The notes beneath the pieces were generated by a model. It was given only the letters and a program-made list of their open reading frames with translations, was not told the DNA's origin and made no database searches. The position numbers and the translations under genes are program-made. DNA of 64,000 bases from the human T2T-CHM13v2.0 reference genome, Homo sapiens: the NCBI RefSeq assembly GCF_009914755.1, contig NC_060944.1; one strand, 5' to 3'. Below, piece by piece: positions 29,521 through 64,000 of the stretch; position 1 is the stretch's first letter, and the number at the start of each line of letters is the position of its first letter.

Positions 29521-31593
29521 GCTCACAGGTTTTACAAGAGGGGACACTGAGGCAAAAGTGTCCCATGGAGGCTGTGCTGCTGACAAACGGCAGAGCGGCT
29601 CCTGCCATTCACCTGCACTGTATCTCGGGCTTTGCTTTGGTCTACTCCATAAACTTCCTGAAAAAGGTTTCTTTGAAAAAGTCCAAATTTGTCCCTAATA
29701 ACTGAAGGGTAGAAATGTGAAATGGGCCTACTCTGGGATCAAGACCACCTGGGTTCAAACCCTAACTTGGAAGCTCTGGGCCTTGGGCAACTAACTGGCC
29801 TCTTTCAAGTTCAGTTTTCCCTCCTGTAGGTTGAGAGGTTTCAACGAGACAACACAGATGAAAGGCACAGCCTGGCCCCCAGCATGCAGGCCAGTGTTTG
29901 GTAATTGATAGTTTTCTCTCCTGTTTCACTATCCTAGGTCCAAAGAACCAGAAGAGTAGACAGTCCTTAGAGACAGCAGCTGTGCCGGCTGCAGAAATGG
30001 AGAGAGCTGTGAGCTAGAATAGAAGAAGAGAAAGGCCAAAAACCACGGAGAAACAGAGCCAGACAACACAGAGGTGAAATTCAGAAAGCGAGTCCAGCAC
30101 TTGGCTGAAGTTACAGGCCCTTCCTGCCCTGCCCTTTCCCACCCAAGGCCATGCCTAGTTCATGTTACTAAGTCTAAGAAACAGCTCCAGAAGTGGCATC
30201 TCTGCTAACCACTAGGGAAGATATTGTCGTTTTTTAATGATTCAAACTCTCCAGGGAACCAAGAAGGCTGAGGGCGCTGAGTTCTCTCCACACACCTGGG
30301 CTCAGGACTCCCCCAATATCTACGTGCTTTATTCCTGATCTTAACAGGCTCTGAAAGCCACATAAACCCGTGCTTGCCTGGGTACCAAAAGACCCGGGCC
30401 CGGGGGTCTTTGTTCGGGCTCGGTGCCTTCTCCATCTAAGCTTTCTTGGCAGTGTTACTCTCCTCACACTGTTACTTGGGTTCTCACTTTCTGTTCTTGA
30501 GTTAATGGATGTTTGTTTTCCTGAATTCACGGGTCCTTTGTAAGTCTTCTATCCCATAACGTAAGATGGGGGTATAAACAAAGAAGCAAGCGCTAGCTGA
30601 CCTTATGTGGGGCATGGTTAGGGAACAGGAATTCCCTGTATCCAGCAGGGTTAAGCTGGTAGGAGGAAAGGGAAATGAGAGAAAGGAATCAAGAAGTGAG
30701 AAAGGGAACCAGTACCTGTCAACACCAACACACACCTGGTAAGTAGCAGGGCTGGTCTTCAAATCCAGGACTATGGGGCCACTGCATGGGAACAGAAGCA
30801 GCTTGTAGACTTCGGTGGTGGGGCTGCCAGAGTCGGGGAATTAAGGGAGGACAGGCTCTGCAGCCCAAGTGCCAGATGCCAACGGCCTGCGAAGGCTCTA
30901 GGACCCAGCTCCAAATCAGTGCTCCCGGCGCCATCCAGTGGCCATTAGGGAGATTGCAAGAGAAAAAAGCATGAGAAAAGAAACCCCAGAGAAGCCAGTG
31001 CCTGCCAACTCCAGGGAAGAGGAAGGAAGGAGCCTGGCCTTTGCCCTCAGTGCCCCCTATCAGTTGACTACCCTGCTCCAGTTTGACCTCCCCACTAGGC
31101 TTCTTCCTGGTGCAACTGATGTTTTCTCTCTGTGTGACCTTGGGCAGGCAACTCTGGCCTCTAGGCCTCAGTTTCCCCAACTGTAAAATGAATGGTAAGG
31201 CAAGGTGAGGTCACATGCCAAGTCCATAGGTCTTTAGCTCATCTGATCCTCATGGCCAGGTAAGATGATCATTCCCATCCCCCCATACTCCAGTCCCTCC
31301 TGACCACGCATAGTTCAAGCTTCACTCACCTGTAAAGTCTTCCATGGCCTCCTGCGGAAATTCCAGCCACCGTTTAAGGATCACCTCTCCAGGATTTCTC
31401 CCTCCTCTCATCTGAAGTTCCCTCTTTCTGCAACAGTCAGGTGGACCTCAGCCCTTCTAGCCCGGAGCTTCCTCAGCTCAAGAGTTTTTCTCAATCATCA
31501 GTTTCTCCCTCTTCACCAAGCCTAGCAAGGTGCCCGGCACAGAGTACTTAAGAGCAGCTGCTCTGAAGTCAGTCAGCCTGGCTTCAAGCCCCA

Positions 31594-32330
<737 letters not shown>

Positions 32331-33326
32331 TCCTGGTTCAGCTTCGTACTGGTTATGTTACTGTTGGAAACTTAACCTTTCTGTGTCTCAGTGTCCTCAT
32401 CTGTAAAATGGGGATGATAAAGGCAATAATTCTTATTTCACTGGTTCCAAGTATAAAATGAAAATACCTGCAAATCAGTTACAATAATGCCCAACACTAA
32501 ATATGTTAGCTGTTACTATAAGAACAGTTAATAGCTACCATTAATTGAGGGATAGGTACAAGGCACATGCCTTAGAAGAATGTCCTTGATTCTCCCCATC
32601 ACGCTTGGGGGTAACAATTCCAGTCTCCACTTTGCAGATGAGGAAACAAACACAAAATAATTTTCCCCAAATCACTCTAGGACTGGAAGCATTTTAAACT
32701 TCGTTGTTTCTTACATGCACTCGGGAAATGGTACTGGTTTGTGTTCTTTGCTGATAGAGGTGTTTTGGGAGGGGTTGATAAGATGACAGAAGGAAGGCCA
32801 CAGGCTGGACAGACAGGGGTCCTAGCTGATACCTCCTTCTCTTCCTACCTAGTGCAGGAGAGAGTTAAAATCGGTCAAAGCTCATCTATCCACTCCCACC
32901 CCATCCATTTAGGGGTTCAATTACTGCCTCTCACTTTCCCACCAACGCCACCCCCGCACCCCTTACCAGCGCTCAGTACTAGCAGCTTTTGAGCCAGATT
33001 TGGGGGCATCATGGGATAGGCGTGGCCGGGAGCGAAGCGTTCAGTCCGCTGGGGAATGGAGTGGCGCAGACTTACTCAGACCCCAAGGATTCCTGTTGAG
33101 CCCCCTCCCTTCCCGCAGCCTGCATAAGGAGCCATCTGTTCTCGGCTGAATAAACAAGCAGGGGGAAGCAGCGCCGGGTCTCCTGCCCCCGAGCCCGACC
33201 CCCGCACAATGCGCCTTTCTCCAAGGAGACGCCGCCCGGGCGCCGCCACAGCACGCTCCGTCTGGCTTCCCCTCCCCCAGGCGGCGCAGCAAGACCCAAA
33301 AACGGACCCCGTGGAAATCAGTTTTT

Positions 33327-33332
33327 TTTATT
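33327..33332 (-). terminator. MATN4: MATN4 polyadenylation signal AATAAA
   Basis: tttatt on plus strand ~300 nt past the stop codon. Confidence 0.8.
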
Positions 33333-33628
33333 TTTTTAAGAACACAAACAAGAAATCCAACAAAGAACTGAGCGCAGCACGCGGCGAGGGCGTGCCGGTC
33401 TAGCACGTGCCCCTTCCCTCACCACCCGCTATCCCCCTGACGCCGCAGTCCGCCTAATGGTCCGGGCGAGGCCAACTCAGCTCAATGCCGGAAGCCCGCC
33501 AGCGCCTCCGCCCCGACAGCCCAAGCCGGACGGGCCCAGGTTCTGCCTGGCCCCGGCGCACCGATGGCGCGCAAGGGGCACCGTCCGTGGTGCCGCGCCC
33601 CAGCCCGGGTCTGGGCCGTCCGTGGCCC

Positions 33629-45445
<11,817 letters not shown>

Positions 45446-45666
45446 GGCGCTTGGGGACAGAGAATGGAGGTGTCAGAGCCTGGAGGGAGGAAGGAAAATA
45501 GAAAAGCAACAGTATTTACAGAGCTCTTATTCTGGGTGATAGGCACTTGGAGGGGGAAGACAGTTACAGGTTTATTTTACTAATCTCTCTATTTTTGTGT
45601 ATGTTTGAAATGTTTCAGAATTAAAAAATTCTCATCACAGTGGGATTGCTGGGAAACACAAGAGAT

Positions 45667-45994
<328 letters not shown>

Positions 45995-46597
45995 TAAATA
46001 AGAATAGATACATAGATACAAATATGCAAAATTTAAACAGAAAAAAACAGGTCTTCCTTAAATGTCAGGCACAGTGTTAAATGCTCTTCACGCATTGTGG
46101 CATTTAATCCTCTCTGCAATTGTAAGACTAAGGCTGTGATTGTCCCCCATCATACAGACAATGAAATTGAGGCTCAGAAAAGTTAAGCGCTGGTACCCAA
46201 AGTCATTCGGCCAAAAAGTGGCTGCGGCAGGATACAATCCCACGCCTGCTAGTTTCTGTGAGCCAGCCTGGGCGTTTGGTGCCTCTCCTCCTGCCAGGCG
46301 AACCTCTGCAGACAGAAGCCCTTCCCCACCTCGGCCCACTCCCCTACGCACACAGGCTTCTGTGTGGCTGTCTTTGCAACTCGCCAACCCCCCCAGACCC
46401 CTCCACACACACAAACACAGACATGCACTGCCCAACCGCAGGCGGCAGGGAGGGGCTGCGCCCTGTTGCGGGGCTGAGCGTGGTGGCGTGGCAGCGAGTG
46501 GACCAAAACCCACTGCGCACGAGAACGCGCGGCTTGGCGCCTGTTTCCCGCCTGCTCTCAGGAGCGACCGCCAGGGGGCGCCCGAGATGGCAGGGGG

Positions 46598-46627
46598 CGT
46601 GGGAAGCCCACATCTGCCCAGCAGGTG
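46598..46627. promoter_or_regulatory. RBPJL: PTF1-type composite site: CSL box CGTGGGAA plus E-boxes CATCTG and CAGGTG
   Basis: CGTGGGAA 46598-46605, CATCTG 46611-46616, CAGGTG 46622-46627, about one and two helical turns from the TC-box, in the RBPJL proximal promoter. Confidence 0.8.
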
Positions 46628-46670
46628 CGCCCACCCCGAGCAAACAGGGGGCCGGGGCCCGGGGCCTTGG

Positions 46671-46694
46671 AGATAAGGCCTGGACAGGATATAA
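46671..46694 (+). promoter_or_regulatory. RBPJL: GATA motif (AGATAAG) and TATA-like GATATAA in RBPJL core promoter
   Basis: Motifs ~110-130 nt upstream of the ATG. Confidence 0.5.
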
Positions 46695-46799
46695 CCCGCG
46701 CAAGAGCCGAGGAGCAGGGGTGTGCAGGGTTCCAGCGACAGCAGCACTGGACTCGTCCAGAGGGCGGCGGGTGAGCGGCTGGGGCCCCGTGGAGCCACC

Positions 46800-56836
<10,037 letters not shown>

Positions 56837-57680
56837 GCGCGCCCGGTAGCCCCGGCTGCCCACCCTGGAGGGCTGCGCCCGCGCCAGGCGCGGGGACGTG
56901 TTTCTGGGTTCTAGGCCCTGCTTCCTTGCCCCTTTGCTGCAGAAGGGCAGCTGAAGGCTCACCCTAGAAACCGGGCCTGGTGGGTCTTACCCGGCTCACT
57001 CCCTCCCTTGTCCTTACACATACAGGAAGACAAGACCTGAGTGGTGCTGTCTTTGTGTCCGTCGTGTATGGCTCTCCCTGTCTTCATTTCTTCTCACTCT
57101 GTCTCTAAACCTCTCTCTCTCTCCCTTCCCCCTCAGTACTTAGTCTACAGACCTATGTGCGTGTCCCTATCCTTCTGTCCTTTTCTCTCTTCAGCTCTCC
57201 CTGCCTCTCACACACAATTTTACATGCCCCGAGGAGCCAAGTTTGGGACATTTACCCTCCAGGCATCTGTGTCCCCTCTTGAAGAGAAAACACACAGCTT
57301 CACACATCCAGGCATAGGGGGCAAGCTCTTGGGGCATCAGGACCCTGGAGCACCAGGTCCTTCCTGGAATATTAGATCCACCTGGAGCACCGGGTCTCTC
57401 TAAGTCTCACCTGGGGAATTCGGTCCCACCTGGGGCACCAGTTCCCACCTAGAGCACTGTGTCCTGCCCTAGAGCACAAAGACCTGCTCCTCCCGAGACT
57501 CTCTCTGACTGCAGCCAGGCATAGTACCCTTGCCTGTGTTTGCTCCCTGGTCCACAGATTTGGTGGCTGGGCAGGTGCCTGGACAGTGATGAGGTCTTGC
57601 CGCCTTAACTGTCCCCCCCAGTCACTTCTCCCACAGGCCCAGCAGGACGCAGTCCTGAGGATCAGGGATTCTACAGCTGC

Positions 57681-57686
57681 ATTAAA
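57681..57686 (+). terminator. RBPJL: RBPJL polyadenylation signal ATTAAA
   Basis: First PAS variant I found after the stop, with a GT-rich element downstream. Confidence 0.7.
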
Positions 57687-59658
57687 ATCAATCCTATCCA
57701 AGGCAGAGTTTGGTCTGTATGAGCCACCTCCCCAAGTGTGCCTCCCCCAACCCTCGCACCAACACACAAAAGAGGGGACCTGCACAGAAAGAAAAGAACC
57801 ACAAGTCTGATGGAGCAGAGAGCCTACCTTTTGGACGTTTTCTAGAGGAGGAACAGGGTGCAGAGGCAGCTGGCATCCTGAGTCCCTGTCCCTGCCCTGG
57901 GGTTGTTACCCTACTAGCTATCTCTCCATCCCAAGCAAGGGTGCACCCCAGGCCCAGAGGTGACCACGGGACCCTTTCAAAACAAAGCTTTCCCAGGATA
58001 GCCCTGGGCAGAACTCCTGGGATTGACTGGGCAGTAATGTAGTTGAGAGGGGGGCCTCTCTGCATGGGGCTGATGGACAGAATCACAATCTATTCCCCAC
58101 CAGCCTACCCACCCTAGGTACCACTCTACCCAGTCTGTGCTTTATAGGGAAGGAAAAAAAAACCAGGCAGAACACTGGCTTGGGCTATTGGAATCAAGGA
58201 CACAGATAAGTATCATGGGTGCCAGCTACCTGCACCAGCCTCTGGTGGTGCCTGATGGGAAAACTGGTCTGAAATGTGGGTTCTAGGTTCTAACCCTCTG
58301 GAGAAGAGCTTGCCCTCCTAAGGAAGAGCTCATTTCTTGTAAAACTCCTCCCCCAGGGTATGGAAAGTCCCATGAGAAAAAAGAAACGAACAATACGCAG
58401 AGGAGAGGAAATGGGGTATGTTCTTTAGCCTTCCCAAAGTCTTGACTAAGTTCTGCCATCTGCCATCAGCAGGCTGCAACCCACTGTGAGGGGTGAGGAA
58501 GAAGCCTGTGGCCCCTGAAGGTGAATCTTGGCTGAGGAAGGCAGCAAATGAGTTGAATGGGAAATGTCCCTGAAATGAGCGCCTGACTCACCGTCCATGG
58601 TGGTGTTGAAGCAGGCAGCCAGGAGGGAGGAGGCTGAGAAGAGTGTCATAGCGCACCACATGGGGAATTGGGGCTCAAGCGCTCATCGTCCAGCCCTGCC
58701 CCCAAAGTCTTCCTCCACCACTCCTCAAGGCAGGAGTCCCAGAAGCCAATAATCTAGGTTGGACCAAAAGCCCAGACCCAGCCATACAGCTCTGTCTTAG
58801 TCCTCACCCATCTCAGGGGATCCTATAACCTTTGGTGTCCCCAAGGTATCCATCTGGAAGTCTGTGACCAAAGCTCCAGCCCTGGCCTAGCTTCTGAGTT
58901 CCAGCTGCTGAAACTGTCCTTGGAGGTCTTCCTTGCACTGAGTCTGAAGCCATCTAACATCAAACTCCTTTCCCTCTCCACCTGCCTTGCAGCACCACCT
59001 CTAGCTCCTTCCCCCACACCACCCAGTCACCCAGGCCTAAGGATCCCACCCCCACTTCCACACTACCATATGCCTCCTGTTTTCCTCTCCCTCCACTACT
59101 GCCCTGCCAGGTCCTGTGTCGCCTCTTCCAAAATTTCCCAAACTACTCTAGGTAGAACTAGCTATATAATTTGTGGGCCCCAGTGCAAAATGGCCCGTTG
59201 TTCAAAAATTATTCAAGAATTTCAATTCGACTGAACACGGGATTAAAAAAAAAAAAAGAACTTCAAGACAGCCACAGGAAATGATGAAACCAAGTGCAGG
59301 GGCCTTCCAAGCACAGGCTGCACAACCACGAAGCCAGCCCTGGCCCCAGGCATTTTTCTTGTATTCCCACAGACCCTCAATGGGACCATATCGACTGCCT
59401 GCTTTGGATCAAAGGTTTTACCTACATGCCCATTGTCTCCTCTAGGCTGCCATCTTCATGGGGAAAGGAGCTCTTATCTCTGCATGTCCTAAAGGGTGCA
59501 TCACAATGCCTCGCATGTTGAGTTGGTGCTCAATAAACAGTGAATTGCATTATATGGCATTGGCAGATATTTAGATATTGCTAATGCAAAGTGAAACCGG
59601 CAGGTGGCACTGTTCTCCACCCGAGCATTAAGTTCTCATTTTATTTATATTTAAAAAC

Positions 59659-60680
<1,022 letters not shown>

Positions 60681-61299
60681 ACTAATAATATACCGGCCAC
60701 GCCATGGAACAATTCTATTAACATCTCTGAGTGTGGAGCTCAGGCATCTGTATTGTTTGAAACCCTCCCATGTGAATCTAGTGAGCAGCCAGGGTTAAGA
60801 ATCATGGCCCTAGTCAGTATTTCCTCCTCATTTTATAGATGGGGAAACTGAGGCTCCAAGAGAGGAGGCTAAGGTCACAGCAGATGGCAAAGCCTACAAT
60901 TGATTCAAATCCTGCACTCCTACCACTAAATCTGGGGCTCTGAGTTTCTCTTCATTCTCATTCTACCACGCTGCTGTGTGTAGGTGACATGTGTGTTGCA
61001 GAGGGTGGGGATGGGGCATGTAGTGAGGATAAGGCCCAAATCTCCAATTTACCAGCTCTCATGCTGCCTGGTGTTCCACCATTATTAACAAGCTAGTTCC
61101 CCAGTAAGTACCGACCTTGGGGTTTCTCTCTCTTTCTTTCTTTCTTTTTTTTTTTTAACTTCTATTAAGTTATAACCACAGCATAGGTAAAATTCTCTGA
61201 CAGCTTCCCCCTGGGTAGGGCACAGACCTGTGAAGATGGCAAGGGAAAGAGGAAGTGGTTTTAAGGGAAGTGAAACCCATAATACATCTATAAGGTTGT

Positions 61300-61824
<525 letters not shown>

Positions 61825-62237
61825 CTAGACAGGCTTGGCCCTGTTCCAGACCCTAAGGGACAAAGGCAGGCAGGGTAGCAGTGGCACAATAATGCATTTA
61901 GAGGGCAAAGTGATAAACCCCCACTACAGCTGGCTGCTTGCCACCAGATGGGCACTTTCACCTTTGCTATCTAATGTAAACTAATCATAAACCTTGTGGC
62001 ATCCCATCATATTTACAGGTCCTCAAGGAGAGAGAATTATACAGGTTGTATATATAGGGCAGAAATCTTGCAGGCCATCTTAGAATTCTGTCTACTCCCC
62101 AAACAACATAGCAAATCATAAGTAGGGGAGATGTGTTTCACTTGTAGGCCTTCCCACACCCCATGCAGGCATTGTCCCATGGTTTTGCTACCTCTGAAGA
62201 TTGGCAAGATCATGAACAAAAAGTGGGCCCATGCCTG

Positions 62238-62310
62238 GCTTCTGTAATGTAGTGGTTATCACATTCGCCTCACACATGAAAGGTCACCAGTTTGAGACCG
62301 GGCCAAAACA
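62238..62310 (+). pseudogene. tRNA-Val(CAC) pseudogene
   Basis: 73 nt GCTTCTGTAATGTAGTGGTTATCACATTCGCCTCACACATGAAAGGTCACCAGTTTGAGACCGGGCCAAAACA; A-box intact, B-box GTTTGAGAC, acceptor stem broken. Confidence 0.85.
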
Positions 62311-62369
62311 CGAGATTTTCCCCCTAAATTTAGTGAGTTTAATCGAGGTTGGAAACAAACAGAAAACTA

Positions 62370-62756
<387 letters not shown>

Positions 62757-62904
62757 TTATCAGAAATAACCAGAGTTGGCTCTCCAGACAGATAAAGCCC
62801 TAGTCGAGGTTGACCACTGATGGGGCTATGTCTGCCAGCATTTAGGATGGCTTCCAATGAGTCTTGTATCCAGGTGCTCCTGCCCCTGGGTGGTCTCCTG
62901 TCAC

Positions 62905-63608
<704 letters not shown>

Positions 63609-64000
63609 TAAACTAATACTTTACCCAAAAAGATGGCACTGATGATGAGAACACCATATATTGAGCACTTATTGTGTGCTAAGCTCTGACTTGCCTCCCT
63701 ATAGGCTGTTGGATCACAAGGTAACAGCTGGTAAAAGCTGAAACCCAAACCCAGAGGTCCTGACTCAGTCTCACACCATCCAAAGCAGCCCTAACAGGAA
63801 TTTCTACAACTGGAAATGTTCTGTGTCTGCACCACCTGATACAGTAGCCACTAGCCACATGTGGCTGTTGAGCACTTAAAACAAGGCTAGTGCAACTAAG
63901 AAGCAGAATTTTTATTTTTACAATTATAATTAATTTAAATTTATAATATAGCCACAGTTCCCAGTGGCTACCATAGTGGTCAGCACAGATCTAACAGATG

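Overview
Primate (almost certainly human) genomic DNA, Alu/L1/MIR/MER-rich. From recalled gene order it is the chr20q13.12 interval between SLPI (off the left edge) and SDC4 (off the right edge). It holds two complete genes that overlap head-to-head. MATN4 (matrilin-4, minus strand) has a reconstructed CDS of 1746 nt = 581 aa from 9 coding exons, a dead fourth EGF exon with an AT donor, and a U12-type AT-AC last intron. RBPJL (plus strand) has 12 coding exons, 1554 nt = 517 aa, and a PTF1-type E-box/TC-box promoter element. A decayed tRNA-Val(CAC) copy lies at 62238-62310. The most novel observation is in the apparently empty 33 kb on the left: a clear fossil exon of an SLPI-like WAP (four-disulfide core) domain on the minus strand at about 9610-9757. 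Around it are minus-strand TATA, splice and poly(A) signals that could be remnants of a lost SLPI paralogue or a lncRNA derived from it. Also notable is a ~215-bp degenerate telomere-type hexamer array that replaces the polypyrimidine tract of RBPJL exon 7. Repeat-family calls are by eye and their boundaries are approximate.
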